Of a stretch of DNA of 64,000 nucleotides, positions 38,026 to 52,262 are shown in pieces. The notes beneath the pieces are model-generated. The model was not told where the DNA came from and did not search any database. It was given only the letters and a program-made list of their open reading frames with translations. Both the position numbers and the translations under genes were made by a program. Origin of the DNA: Eledone cirrhosa (lineage: Eukaryota); NCBI GenBank assembly GCA_964016885.1, contig OZ024755.1, positions 36,518,001 to 36,582,000 of the forward strand. The letters are read 5' to 3'. Numbering within the stretch: the first letter of the stretch is position 1; each line of letters opens with the position of its first letter.

Positions 38026-39009
38026 TTAAACAGTTGAAATTTGCTTTAATGAGTTAACCAGTATATTACAGATGGTATGTGAAAGATTAACAGAAAATGC
38101 TACATAATAAAATCATCATTACCAACAACAGCTACATCACCCACAGAGACAGAATACTTGAAATAAGTAGATGAGATTTTGTGATTTCCAATTTCACCAG
38201 CTCTGAACCATCATCTTCATCGTTTAATGTCTAGTTTTCATGCCTGCATGGGTTAGATGAGTTGTCCTGTTGAGACAAGTCAGGTCAGGTGACCATGCCA
38301 TACTCATGGGATCTGTTTTAGGTTTGGTTTCTACAGCTGAATGTCCTTCCTAATGCCAACAATATTACAGCATGGGCTGGGTGCTTTCTCGTTACATCAC
38401 CAATACAATCACCATGCAATCTAGTCTGGGTGATTTTTGATAATCCAAAGTGGAGAAAGCTGGCTTTGCTAACATCAATTTTTGTACATGTTATAAATAT
38501 CCTTTATATATATATTTATATATATATGTATATGGAGGCACATGGCTTAGTGGTTAGAGCATTGGCCTTGCAATCGAAAGGTTATGAGTTCAATTCTCAG
38601 ACCGGGTGATGTGTTGTTTCCTTGAGCAAGACACTTTATTTCACATTGATCCAGTTTACTCAGCTGTAGAAATGAGATGATAGGGACTGGGGTCCCTATC
38701 ATTCCACTGCAAAGTGGTCATGGAGGTGCCACAGCAAAAAAGCACCCAGCACTCACTGTAAATGAGGTTGGTGTTAGGAAGGGCATCCAGCTGTAGAAAT
38801 CAAGCCAGAATCAGTTCCCGTCCCACCCTTGCAAGCAGGGAAAAAGTGGACGTAAAATGAAATGATGATATATGTATATACATATATGTGTGTATATTTT
38901 GGTATAATTTGTGGGGTGGCAATGCGGGTGTGTATTCACCAGTATTCATATGCGCATTTATCTGTATATTTATGTGAGCGCGCGAGCAATTAGAAAGAAA
39001 ATGTAAAAA

Positions 39010-40610
39010 CCTTTTCATTAAAAATATAGGACTTCAAATAGAACTTCAACAGACAACCCAAACCGCCAACTCTCTCAACATAACTGTAGAACTAGAAACC
39101 GGACTATAGCCTCATACCACAAGCCTAATGAATGTCTCCGGTACTTAAATAACCATACCAACCATCCCAAGTGCTAAATTCCATCGTGAAAGGTGTATCC
39201 AACAGAATATCCAGCATCGGCCAACGCAGAGATATTCAAACAATTTGCTGAATACTTTAACGCGCTGACTGGGGCTGGTTACACCGAATCTATTAGGTTC
39301 AATTGCCGTAGTGGCCTTAATGTAGCTAACTCCGACACCAGACACCAGACACAGAATTCCAAGACATAACCCACGGACCCACCCTCGACTGCATTTTGAC
39401 ATCCGCTAACCTAACCCGACCAAAGCTAAGCGGAATCTCCCAGCCACGACAACATACAGGCCATGGTTGAACAAGGCACAGTGGACACTCCGACAACAGT
39501 TGCCCTCCTACGAACCATATACCAGTTTGCACTGAGAACCACACCGACAATGACAACCACAACTCTACCCCCACAGCTGGTACCAACACCATAACCAGCC
39601 TTGATAACAACAGCATTGCCCACATTCAGACTGGAAGAACCAACCAAGCCTCAGGTTCCCACCCCCAACTATCGCCTCCCTGACACAGAAGGAACCAGGG
39701 GTAGGAGTGCCAAACCCTTCGACATCATTCGACGTGGTCATCACCACGGAACCTGAACTAACAAGCCCCTCTTTCTGGTCCTTACCATCAACCAACAAAA
39801 TAACTGCAGACACTTCCGTAATGCGATGACCAACAGCCAGATCACTCCACCCAATGCACGTCCGACCCCAGCACAGTCTGCCTACTACAACGCCACACAA
39901 AGGCCATCCACTGCGCACAGAAGATCCCGCAATATATATGTCACCTGGTTTAACATGCCTTACTCCACACATGTCAGTACGAACATCCCAGGAATATTCT
40001 TCAGGGTCCTTAACCAGTGCTTCCCCCCAACATATAGATACCATCAGATCTGCAACAGGCACACAACCAAGTTCTCTTTCTCAACAACACCAAACCTTTA
40101 GAGCTTGATAATGGCCATCAACCAAAATAAGATCGGGAAACACCCACAGTAGCCATGACTCTGCACCCAACCACCAACTCCGGGTTGCAAACAAATATGA
40201 CAGTCCCAACCATCGGACAAACAACATCCAACCAAACCATGCCACAGATCTTCCACAAACCCACACCACCGAGCTGCCAGACACCCATGCCCCCATGAAT
40301 CGGAAGTGCAACTGCAGATCCCGTATGGAGTGTCAGTTTCGAAACAACTGCTTGGTCTCCGGTATCATATACAGATGCACCATTCATGTGGAAAACAGTA
40401 GAAAATATGTATACATAGGGACAATTGGCGGAGATTTTAAATCCCGTTTCTACAACCATGCATGTTCCTTCAGACATCGGCATAAAAGATTGCAATCCAG
40501 TCTGTCTGAACAGGTATGGCAGCTTAAGGACGGTAACATCACCTTTAGAACGGAATGAGACATCACTTAGGAGGACAACACTGCCGGTTATGCCTTGCGG
40601 AAGCAGTGGA
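39010..40610 (+). mobile_element. Penelope-like element fragment (RT thumb, linker, GIY-YIG endonuclease), decayed
   Basis: PYHKPNECLRYLNNHTNHP; RNIYVTWFNMPYSTHVSTNI; CNCRSRMECQFRNNC (CxCx5Cx5C); GIIYRC..YVYIG..FKSRFYNH. Confidence 0.85.
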
Positions 40611-40759
40611 AATAATAAAACTAAAATAACATGGTATAAACGCAAGGCCTGAAATCAGGATTTGAACTCAGAACATAAAGGGCCGTAACTCTATACTACA
40701 CAGCATGTTGCCCAGCACACTACTGATAACTGCCAATTCACCACTCTCATTAGAAATAT

Positions 40760-41302
40760 ACGGGAAAAAGGCTCCCAGTCCACACTGTAAAGTGGTCGTG
40801 TAGGAGACACGGTAAAAAGGCTCCCAGTCCACACTGTAAAGTGGTCGTGTAGGAGACACGGTAAAAAGGCTCCCAGTCCACACTGTAAAGTGGTCATGTA
40901 GGAGACATGGTAAAAAGGCTCCCAGTCCACACTGTAAAGTGGTCATGTAGGAGACATGGTAAAAAGGCTCCCAGTCCACACTGTAAAGTGGTCATGTAGG
41001 AGACACGGTAAAAAGGCTCCCAGTCCATACTGTAAAGTGGTCATGTAGGAGACACGATAAAAAGGCTCCCAGTCCACACTGTAAAGTGCTCATGTAGGAG
41101 ACACGATAAAAAGGCTCCCAGTCCACACTGTAAATGTGGTTGGTGTAAGGAAGGGCATCCAGCCATAGAAAACCTGCCAGAGACACTTCCATACAAGCGA
41201 GGCACGGTCTCCCGACCATGCCCACATCAAATGGAACAAAACCATCTAACCCATGCTAGTGTAGAAGATGGACGTTAAACGATGATGATGATGATGATGA
41301 TA
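40760..41302 (+). mobile_element. RTE 3'UTR module with ~8 x 48-bp repeats
   Basis: aaaaggctcccagtccacactgtaaagtggtc repeats, then a (GAT)n tail. Confidence 0.8.
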
Positions 41303-41956
41303 ATATAGAGTAATTTCAATGTTAAAGGGTTAAATAACATTTGATCAGATAAAAAAAAAGAGATGGGGTAACCTTTTATCAGATGAAACAAAAGGGATGA
41401 TTTTTGAACCCATGAAATTAAAGGGGAGCCAAAAATCCCAAGTGACAGGAGTCACAGCCACCATGACATTAGACATGGTTTAATTTTAGCTCGTGCTAAT
41501 GAGAGCAACAAAAGATTTTATCGCTAAAACAAAAATCAAGCTATCAAGATCTGGTTACATCTCTACATATTGAAATCTATTTCAATAACACATTTATAGC
41601 AGACTTTTCTCTCTTAAGAGTCTTAAAAGATATTACATTCAGGGAATCACTCTCTTCACCATAAAATATACCACATAGTAATATTATATCCAGTTATTAG
41701 ACTGTCTATCTTGATACAATTTGACAGCTAAAACAGCTAAATGTCAATATCTATATCAGCTAACATTGAAAAATAATACAATATACAAGAAAGCTAATAT
41801 AACATATTTTGTTATATTTAGTGACACTTATTTCTAACAGAAATATTTATAGAAAAACAATACATTGTAATAGAATAGAATTAATGTTTAGCCTTTTTTC
41901 GTAACAGCAGATTTTTGTTCTGGCAGAAGCTTGATACTTCAAACTATATATATATA

Positions 41957-42845
41957 CAGGGTGGGGACGATATTTGTTTGCAAATTTCAACAGCTAATTT
42001 TATGCAAATTTTTTTTACTTCCGTTGTCACTCTTGTTTTCATAAAAACAGTGACTATATTTCCATTATTTATTTTCAGAATAATTGATTATGAATAATTT
42101 TGAACCTCCAAATTTGTGGATGAGACACGGAGTTATTCTTGGAATCCGCACCGGGGGGACAATTAAGGACCAGAAGATCAACTCCCAGAACAACAGGTGG
42201 CTCGCTGTCTCATCCAAAGACGTGCCCAGAGTCATGCAGACAAAGTTTCCAGCAACAACATTGGTCTTAGGTGTTGTCAGCAGTGAAGGTGACGTCATGC
42301 CACCTCAATTTCTTCCCTGAGGGCCTCAAGCTGAACACCAATGGCTACATCCGCGTTCTGAGCGAGGTAGTAAAGCCCTGGATCAACCAGGTAGCTGCAG
42401 GTAGTCCGTACGTGTGGCAGCAAGACTCAGCGCCCTGCCATACCAGCTGAAAGACCCAAGCCTTTGTCAGAGAACTTTGTCGACCACACTTCACCTGACA
42501 TCTGGCCTCCCAGCTCGCCTGACTGCAACCCCCTCGACTTCTTTGTGTGGGGCGCAGTGGAACGAGACACCAACAGATCTAGCTGCAATACGAAAGACGA
42601 TCTGAAGGCCAGGATCGCAAGTGCCTTTAGAGGCCTAAGTCGGGGGACAGTGACGAAGGCCTGTAGCCGGTTCCGAGGCCACCTTGAGGCCGTCATCAAA
42701 GCCAATGGCGGTTTTATCGAGTGAGATCGAAAGAACAAGTCATGAAGACAAACTGACCCAAGTTTGATAAATAAATCTTAAAAAATAATGCTGTGTTATT
42801 TTTTCCTAGACAGTAATCTTGCGAACAAATATCGTCCGCACCCTG
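41957..42845 (+). mobile_element. Internally deleted Tc1/mariner element of the DD37D (maT) type
   Basis: TA-flanked 27-bp TIRs cagggtg(g/c)ggacgatatttgtt(t/c)gcaa. WQQDSAPCH...WPPSSPDCNPLDFFVWG has 37 residues between the D's once a 2-bp deletion is repaired. Confidence 0.9.
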
Positions 42846-42894
42846 TATATATAGTTATATACACACACACACACATATATACACATATACCTAT

Positions 42895-44800
42895 ATACTT
42901 GGTGTGGCAATAAAGTCTTCAGAAGAGTAGACTGTGTGCCGTATATAACAGTAAATGTAGTTAATATTAGTATGAGTTATTTTGGAATTTGAACTTTGTT
43001 GTACACGTGTGATATTCTGTGTAGATGCAGAATTTTGTCACAGGCCTCTGATATTCTGTGTAGATGCTGCATTTTGTCACAGGCCTCTGATATTCTGTAT
43101 GGATGCTGTATTTTGCCACAGGCCTCTGATATTCTGTGTAGATGCAGTATTTTGTCACAGGCCTCTGATATTCTGTGTAGATGCTGCATTTTGTCACAGG
43201 CCTCTGATATTCTGTATGGATGCTGTATTTTGTCACAGTTCTATGATATTCTGTATGGATGCTGTATTTTGTCACAGTTCTATGATATACTGTATAGATG
43301 CTGTATTTTGTCACAGGCCTCTGATATTCTGTATGGATGCTGTATTTTGTCACAGTTCTATGATATTCTGTATGGATGCTGTATTTTGTCACAGTTCTAT
43401 GATATTCTGTATGGATGCTGTATTTTGTCACAGTTCTATGATATTCTGTATAGATGCTGTATTTTGTCACAGGCCTCTGATATTCTGTATGGATGCTGTA
43501 TTTTGTCACAGTTCTATGATATTCTGTATGGATGCTGTATTTTGTCACAGTTCTATGATATTCTGTATAGATGCTGTATTTTGTCACAGGCCTCTGATAT
43601 TCTGTATGGATGCTGTATTTTGTCACAGGCCTCTGATATTCTGTATAGATGCTGTATTTTGTCACAGGCCTCTGATATTCTGTATAGATGCTGTATTTTG
43701 TCACAGGCCTCTGATATTCTGTATAGATGCTGTATTTTGTCACAGGCCTCTGATATTCTGTATAGATGCTGTATTTTGTCACAGGCCTCTGATATTCTGT
43801 ATGGATGCTGTATTTTGTCACAGGCCTCTGATATTCTGTATCAATGCTGTATTTTGTCACAGGCCTCTGATATTCTGTATCAATGCTGTATTTTGTCACA
43901 GGCCTCTGATATTCTGTATAGATGCTGTATTTTGTCACAGGCCTCTGATATTCTGTATCAATGCTGTATTTTGTCACAGGCCTCTGATATTCTGTATCAA
44001 TGCTGTATTTTGTCACAGGCCTCTGATATTCTGTATCAATGCTGTATTTTGTCACAGGCCTCTGATATTCTGTATCAATGCTGTATTTTGTCACAGGCCT
44101 CTGATATTCTGTATCAATGCTGTATTTTGTCACAGGCCTCTGATATTCTGTATCAATGCTGTATTTTGTCACAGGCCTCTGATATTCTGTATCAATGCTG
44201 TATTTTGTCACAGGTCTATGATATTCTGTGTGGATGCTGTATTTTGTCACAGCTCTATAATATTCTGTATGGATGCTGTATTTTGTCACAGGCTTCTGAT
44301 ATTCTGTGTAGATGTTGTATTTTGTCACAGGCCTCTGATATTCTGTGTGGATACTGTATTTTGTCACAGGCCTGTGATATTCTGTATGGATGCTGTATTT
44401 TGCCACAGGCCTATACATGATTATTTTGTTGTCATTCTTGTATCAAACATGTATCAAACTGCTCAATCCACAAAAGATTCTTTCCAGAGGATAAGAGTTA
44501 CAATGACCAAACAATCACCCTATAGTCCCAACTTAAATATGTGCAATTGTTGGGTGTTCAAGTTATTAAAGTAACATCTTTGAAAATTTGTTTTCACTTC
44601 ATTAGAAGAGGTGGTAGATAAATTGTTGCGCTGGTTTAGACAATTGCCAAAGGAACGACTCCAAAAAGAATTAAATGCTTTGCATAAGCACTGTAAAGAT
44701 GTTATTACATTCAATGGAGATTAAGTTTTGCAGAATAAATAAATTTTAGTTTCAATATGTTGTGCATTTTCATTCTAAAGACGTTATTGTCATGCCACAC
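42895..44800 (+). mobile_element. Decayed mariner-like element hosting a 39-bp satellite
   Basis: TIR pair tggtgtggcaataaagtcttcagaa / ttctaaagacgttattgtcatgcca (20/25 match). C-terminus IHD...QSPYSPNLNMCNCWVFKLLK. Confidence 0.65.
43007..44415. repeat. 39-bp minisatellite, ~36 copies
   Basis: Unit ttttgtcacaggcctctgatattctgtatggatgctgta. Confidence 0.95.
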
Positions 44801-45211
44801 ACACACACACATTGTTTAACATCCATTTTCCATCCTAGCAAGGGTTAGATGGGTTGTCCCCTTAGAGGCAAGTTGGGTCAGGTGACCGTGTCTTGCTCAT
44901 ATAGAACTGTTTCTGGCTTGGTTTCTACAGCTGGATGCCCTTCCTAACACCAACCACATATACAGTGTGGGCAGGGTGCTTTTTGTTGTGACTCCACAAC
45001 CACTTAACAGTGTGGGATGGATACAAACATAGTGTGTGTGTGTGTGTGTGTGTGTGCACACTTGCTTCAGTTTTGTATTTGTTTTGCAGGATTCTTGATG
45101 TGAAATGATGTGTTAAAAGAGATAGTTATACTTTGAGAGGGTCATGCTGCCAATAAACACACACACACACACACACACACACATACCAGTTGAATTTCAT
45201 TTCAGCTTTTT

Positions 45212-45546
45212 ATTAGTTAAGTTACGAATCCATTCCTTGGTGAATTTAGTAACCAAATGGTTGTTTAATTGTCATTTATTGTTAATTCTCAAAGTGCTTT
45301 CGTCACACATCCTGTCACCTTCTCAATGCCTTTTCTTGCTCTTCAGTGCCTTCTCTTTGTTCTGATCTTGTTCTATGTACATGTTCATGGGGTTATTTAG
45401 AATAAGGTCAGAACAAAGAGACTCAGAAGAACAAGAATAGTCCTTGGGATAGTCACAGGTGTAATGAAAGTGCTTTGACAATTAACAATAAATATGACAA
45501 ATGACATCTATAAAAAGGAGATGGAGACTCGTAATGTAGCAAATAA
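45212..45546. repeat. Old diverged fold-back with a decayed hammerhead core
   Basis: tctctttgttctgatcttgttcta / tagaataaggtcagaacaaagaga. The minus arm reads CTGAAGA g...c GAAA gcac TT. Confidence 0.6.
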
Positions 45547-45584
45547 CTGGGAGTTTCTACTGCCACAAACCCGATCTATTGATA

Positions 45585-48500
45585 GGGCTACTTCCCAGTT
45601 AGTCAGAAGTTGACATGGTGGTGGAATGGTACAATAGATGGAGCTACTTCCTAGTTAGTCAGAAGTTGACATGGTGGTGCAATGGTACAATAGATGGAGC
45701 TACTTCCTAGTTAGTCAGAAGTTGACATGGTGGTAGAATGGTACAATAGATGGAGCTACTTCCTAGTTAGTCAGAAGTTGACATGGTGGTAGAATGGTAC
45801 AATAGATGGAGCTACTTCCTAGTTAGTCAGAAGTTGACATGGTGGTGGAATGGTACAATAGATGGAGCTACTTCCTAGTTAGTCAGAAGTTGACATGGTG
45901 GTGGAATGGTACAATAGATGGAGCTACTTCCTAGTTAGTCAGAAGTTGACATGGTGGTGGAATGGTACAATAGATGGAGCTACTTCCTAGTTAGTCAGAA
46001 GTTGACATGGTGGTGCAATGGTACAATAGATGGAGCTACTTCCTAGTTAGTCAGAAGTTGACATGGTGGTAGAATGGTACAATAGATGGAGCTACTTCCT
46101 AGTTAGTCAGAAGTTGACATGGTGGTGCAATGGTACAATAGATGGAGCTACTTCCTAGTTAGTCAGAAGTTGACATGGTGGTAGAATGGTACACTAGATG
46201 GAGCTACTTCCTAGTTAGTCAGAAGTTGACATGGTGGTGCAATGGTACAATAGATGGAGCTACTTCCTAGTTAGTCAGAAGTTGACATGGTGGTGCAATG
46301 GTACAATAGATGGAGCTACTTCCTAGTTAGTCAGAAGTTGACATGGTGGTAGAATGGTACAATAGATGGAGCTACTTCCTAGTTAGTCAGAAGTTGACAT
46401 GGTGGTGGAATGGTACAATAGATGGAGCTACTTCCTAGTTAGTCAGAAGTTGACATGGTGGTGGAATGGTACAATAGATGGAGCTACTTCCTAGTTAGTC
46501 AGAAGTTGACATGGTGGTGGAATGGTACAATAGATGGAGCTACTTCCTAGTTAGTCAGAAGTTGACATGGTGGTGCAATGGTACAATAGATGGAGCTACT
46601 TCCTAGTTAGTCAGAAGTTGACATGGTGGTAGAATGGTACACTAGATGGAGCTACTTCCTAGTTAGTCAGAAGTTGACATGGTGGTGCAATGGTACAATA
46701 GATGGAGCTACTTCCTAGTTAGTCAGAAGTTGACATGGTGGTGCAATGGTACAATAGATGGAGCTACTTCCTAGTTAGTCAGAAGTTGACATGGTGGTAG
46801 AATGGTACAATAGATGGAGCTACTTCCTAGTTAGTCAGAAGTTGACATGGTGGTGGAATGGTACAATAGATGGAGCTACTTCCTAGTTAGTCAGAAGTTG
46901 ACATGGTGGTGGAATGGTACAATAGATGGAGCTACTTCCTAGTTAGTCAGAAGTTGACATGGTGGTGGAATGGTACAATAGATGGAGCTACTTCCTAGTT
47001 AGTCAGAAGTTGACATGGTGGTGCAATGGTACAATAGATGGAGCTACTTCCTAGTTAGTCAGAAGTTGACATGGTGGTAGAATGGTACACTAGATGGAGC
47101 TACTTCCTAGTTAGTCAGAAGTTGACATGGTGGTGGAATGGTACAATAGATGGAGCTACTTCCTAGTTAGTCAGAAGTTGACATGGTGGTAGAATGGTAC
47201 ACTAGATGGAGCTACTTCCTAGTTAGTCAGAAATTGACATGGTGGTAGAATGGTACACTAGATGGAGCTACTTCCTAGTTAGTCAGAAATTGACATGGTG
47301 GTAGAATGGTAAACTAGATGGAGCTACTTCCTAGTTAGTCAGAAATTGACATGGTGGTAGAATGGTACACTAGATGGAGCTACTTCCTAGTTAGTCAGAA
47401 GTTGACATGGTGGTAGAATGGTACAATAGATGGAGCTACTTCCTAGTTAGTCAGAAGTTGACATGGTGGTAGAATGGTACAATAGATGGAGCTACTTCCT
47501 AGTTAGTCAGAAGTTGACATGGTGGTGGAATGGTACAATAGATGGAGCTACTTCCTAGTTAGTCAGAAGTTGACATGGTGGTGGAATGGTACAATAGATG
47601 GAGCTACTTCCTAGTTAGTCAGAAGTTGACATGGTGGTGCAATGGTACAATAGATGGAGCTACTTCCTAGTTAGTCAGAAGTTGACATGGTGGTGCAATG
47701 GTACAATAGATGGAGCTACTTCCTAGTTAGTCAGAAGTTGACATGGTGGTGGAATGGTACAATAGATGGAGCTACTTCCTAGTTAGTCAGAAGTTGACAT
47801 GGTGGTGGAATGGTACAATAGATGGAGCTACTTCCTAGTTAGTCAGAAGTTGACATGGTGGTGCAATGGTACAATAGATGGAGCTACTTCCTAGTTAGTC
47901 AGAAGTTGACATGGTGGTGCAATGGTACAATAGATGGAGCTACTTCCTAGTTAGTCAGAAGTTGACATGGTGGTGGAATGGTACAATAGATGGAGCTACT
48001 TCCTAGTTAGTCAGAAGTTGACATGGTGGTGCAATGGTACAATAGATGGAGCTACTTCCTAGTTAGTCAGAAGTTGACATGGTGGTGGAATGGTACAATA
48101 GATGGAGCTACTTCCTAGTTAGTCAGAAGTTGACATGGTGGTGCAATGGTACAATAGATGGAGCTACTTCCTAGTTAGTCAGAAGTTGACATGGTGGTGC
48201 AATGGTACAATAGATGGAGCTACTTCCTAGTTAGTCAGAAGTTGACATGGTGGTGGAATGGTACAATAGATGGAGCTACTTCCTAGTTAGTCAGAAGTTG
48301 ACATGGTGGTGGAATGGTACAATAGATGGAGCTACTTCCTAGTTAGTCAGAAGTTGACATGGTGGTGCAATGGTACAATAGATGGAGCTACTTCCTAGTT
48401 AGTCAGAAGTTGACATGGTGGTAGAATGGTACAATAGATGGAGCTACTTCCTAGTTAGTCAGAAGTTGACATGGTGGTAGAATGGTACACTAGATGGAGC

Positions 48501-50301
48501 TACTTCCTAGTTAGTCAGAAGTTGACATGGTGGTGCAATGGTACAATAGATGGAGCTACTTCCTAGTTAGTCAGAAGTTGACATGGTGGTAGAATGGTAC
48601 AATAGATGGAGCTACTTCCTAGTTAGTCAGAAGTTGACATGGTGGTAGAATGGTACAATAGATGGAGCTACTTCCTAGTTAGTCAGAAATTGACATGGTG
48701 GTAGAATGGTAAACTAGATGGAGCTACTTCCTAGTTAGTCAGAAGTTGACATGGTGGTGGAATGGTACAATAGATGGAGCTACTTCCTAGTTAGTCAGAA
48801 GTTGACATGGTGGTAGAATGGTACACTAGATGGAGCTACTTCCTAGTTAGTCAGAAGTTGACATGGTGGTAGAATGGTACAATAGATGGAGCTACTTCCT
48901 AGTTAGTCAGAAATTGACATGGTGGTGGAATGGTACAATAGATGGAGCTACTTCCTAGTTAGTCAGAAGTTGACATGGTGGTAGAATGGTACACTAGATG
49001 GAGCTACTTCCTAGTTAGTCAGAAATTGACATGGTGGTAGAATGGTAAACTAGATGGAGCTACTTCCTAGTTAGTCAGAAGTTGACATGGTGGTGGAATG
49101 GTACACTAGATGGAGCTACTTCCTAGTTAGTCAGAAGTTGACATGGTGGTGGAATGGTACACTAGATGGACCTACTTCCCAGTTAGTCAGAAGTTGACAT
49201 GGTGGTAGAATGGTACACTAGATGGAGCTACTTCCTAGTTAGTCAGAAGTTGACATGGTGGTGGAATGGTACAATAGATGGAGCTACTTCCTAGTTAGTC
49301 AGAAGTTGACATGGTGGTGGAATGGTACACTAGATGGACCTACTTCCCAGTTAGTCAGAAGTTGACATGGTGGTAGAATGGTACACTAGATGGAGCTACT
49401 TCCTAGTTAGTCAGAAGTTGACATGGTGGTGGAATGGTACACTAGATGGAGCTACTTCCTAGTTAGTCAGAAGTTGACATGGTGGTGGAATGGTACACTA
49501 GATGGACCTACTTCCCAGTTAGTCAGAAGTTGACATGGTGGTAGAATGGTACACTAGATGGAGCTACTTCCTAGTTAGTCAGAAGTTGACATGGTGGTGG
49601 AATGGTACAATAGATGGAGCTACTTCCTAGTTAGTCAGAAGTTGACATGGTGGTGGAATGGTACAATAGATGAAGCTACTTCCTAGTTAGTCAGAAGTTG
49701 ACATGGTGGTAGAATGGTACAATAGATGAAGCTACTTCCTAGTTAGTCAGAAGTTGACATGGTGGTAGAATGGTACAATAGATGAAGCTACTTCCTAGTT
49801 AGTCAGAAGTTGACATGGTGGTGGAATGGTACAATAGATGGAGCTACTTCCTAGTTAGTCAGAAGTTGACATGGTGGTGGAATGGTACAATAGATGGACC
49901 TACTTCCCAGTTAGTCAGAAGTTGACATGGTGGTAGAATGGTACACTAGATGGAGCTACTTCCTAGTTAGTCAGAAGTTGACATGGTGGTAGAATGGTAC
50001 AATAGATGAAGCTACTTCCTAGTTAGTCAGAAGTTGACATGGTGGTGGAATGGTACAATAGATGGAGCTACTTCCTAGTTAGTCAGAAGTTGACATGGTG
50101 GTGGAATGGTACAATAGATGGAGCTACTTCCTAGTTAGTCAGAAGTTGACATGGTGGTAGAATGGTACAATAGATGGAGCTACTTCCTAGTTAGTCAGAA
50201 GTTGACATGGTGGTGGAATGGTACAATAGATGGAGCTACTTCCTAGTTAGTCAGAAGTTGACATGGTGGTGGAATGGTACAATAGATGGAGCTACTTCCC
50301 A
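45585..50301. repeat. 56-bp minisatellite, ~84 copies
   Basis: Unit gagctacttcctagttagtcagaagttgacatggtggt(g/a)gaatggtacaatagatg. Confidence 0.97.
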
Positions 50302-50374
50302 TGCTAATGGGGAAGATAAACATTAAACAATGATGAGTATGGTTTGGGAAAGTTGTCATAGTCCAAGACCAGAT

Positions 50375-50850
50375 GAGTGAGAAAAACCTCATCTTGTTCA
50401 TGCTTTCCAGATTTGGCATGGTTTTTATGGCCAAATGCTTTTCCTAATTCCAACCCTTTTGCAGAGTGTACTGGGTGCGCTTTTTCGTCACACAAGCACT
50501 ACCACTTTATAGAGTGTACTGGGTGCATTTTTTCGTCACACAAGCACTACCACTTTATAGAGTGTACTGGGTGCACTTTATCGTCACACAAGCACTACCA
50601 CTTTGTAGAGTGTACTGGGTGCACTTTTTCGTCACACAAGCACTACCACTTTATAGAGTGTACTGGGTGCACTTTATCGTCACACAAGCACTACCAATTT
50701 ACAGAGTGTACTGGATGCATTTTATCATGACACTAGTACTAACATTTTACAGGGTGTAGTGGGTGCATTTTATCTTGACACCAGCACTAACACTTTACAG
50801 AGTGTAGTGGGTGTATTTTATTGTAACACCAATACTAAATACCACTTTAA
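50375..50850 (-). mobile_element. RTE 3'UTR module with 48-bp repeats
   Basis: agagtgtactgggtgcactttatcgtcacacaagcactaccacttt repeats. Confidence 0.7.
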
Positions 50851-51058
50851 AAATGCATCCATTGCACTCTGTAAAATGTTTGGCAATCAAAGACAAAGCC
50901 CATGTCATGTGATGACGCATGGTGCTGGAGAAAAGCCACTCCTACTTGTGCAAGCATGGCACATGTTAAATTGTTTATGGTGAAGGTTGAAATGTATAAT
51001 ATATCTCATTCAGGCAATAAACAATACTGTATCACCATATATTCAAACATACACTCAG

Positions 51059-51843
51059 TAGATACCTCATAATCCACTATAACCTGCCTGCCATACACCA
51101 CCACCACCCCACCCCACAGCCCTACACCTCCCTCCCACTTCTGCCCACACCACCCTTACTCTGTAAAGTTATGTTAGTATCACAAAAAGCACCCAGTCCA
51201 CACTGTAAAGTGGTAGTGTAGGTCTCACGACAAAAAGCCCCCAGCCCACACTGTAAAGTGGTAGTTTTGGGATCACGAGAAAAAGCAGCCAGTCCACACT
51301 GTAAAGTGGTTGTGTAGGTGTTACGACAAAAAGCACCCAGCCCACACTGTAGATACCTCATAATCCACTATAACCTGCCTGCCATACACCACCACCACCC
51401 CCACCCCCTACACCTCCCTCCCACTTCTGCCCACACCACCCTTACTCTGTAAAGTTATGTTAGTATCACAAAAAGCACCCAGTCCACACTGTAAAGTGGT
51501 AGTGTAGGTGTCACGACAAAAAGGCCCCAGCCCACACTGTAAAGTGGTAGTGTAGGTGTCACGACAAAAAGCACCCAGTACACACTGTAAAGTGGTTTTG
51601 TAGATGCCATGACAAAAAGCAACCAGTCCACACTGTAAAGTGGTTGTGTAGGTGTCACGACAAAAAGGAACCAGTCCACACTGTAAATGTGGTTAACGTT
51701 AGGAAGGGCAACCAGCCGTAGAAATCTAGCCAGAAACAGTCCTATAATGAGCAAGACACGGTCAGCCGACCCAACTTGCCTCTAAGGGGACAAACGCGTC
51801 TAACCCATGCTAGCATGGAAAATAGACAATAAATGATGATGAT
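51059..51843 (+). mobile_element. RTE 3'UTR module with a ~291-bp local duplication and 48-bp repeats
   Basis: agatacctcataatccactataacctgcc at 51060 and 51351; (GAT)n tail. Confidence 0.75.
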
Positions 51844-52262
51844 ACTGCACAATAATCAACATCATACTCATTACAAATAAACAACAAAATTAAGAGAGTA
51901 TCATAATAAAAAATGTTTAATACCTATAAGATCTCACCTATGATCTAAAGAGGATAAACTATTATTGTATAATACTGTAAAGGTGCAACAAAGCACTTAA
52001 TAGTTTTATTCTCTGACATTTCATTTAGAGAATACAAAGATATAATAATACCCACAAAGCAATCGTATGACTGATATATTCCCTGGTTATCCATCAGATC
52101 AATTGAAAGAAATTAACTATAATAATTACAAAATATTACCCTATGCCATTAGCAACAACACAATGCCAACACATATTTATACAAAAAAAAAACATAACAT
52201 ATTCCTAATACAAATTTTCTCACAAGCAATACATCGACTGCTACTTATTATCATGTCCACAA

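Noticed and set aside
42967-44574. ORFs of 474-530 aa on both strands
   Set aside because: 39-bp satellite, open in several frames at once.
45585-50301. CRISPR or coding repeat
   Set aside because: Head-to-tail 56-bp satellite with no spacers and frequent stops.
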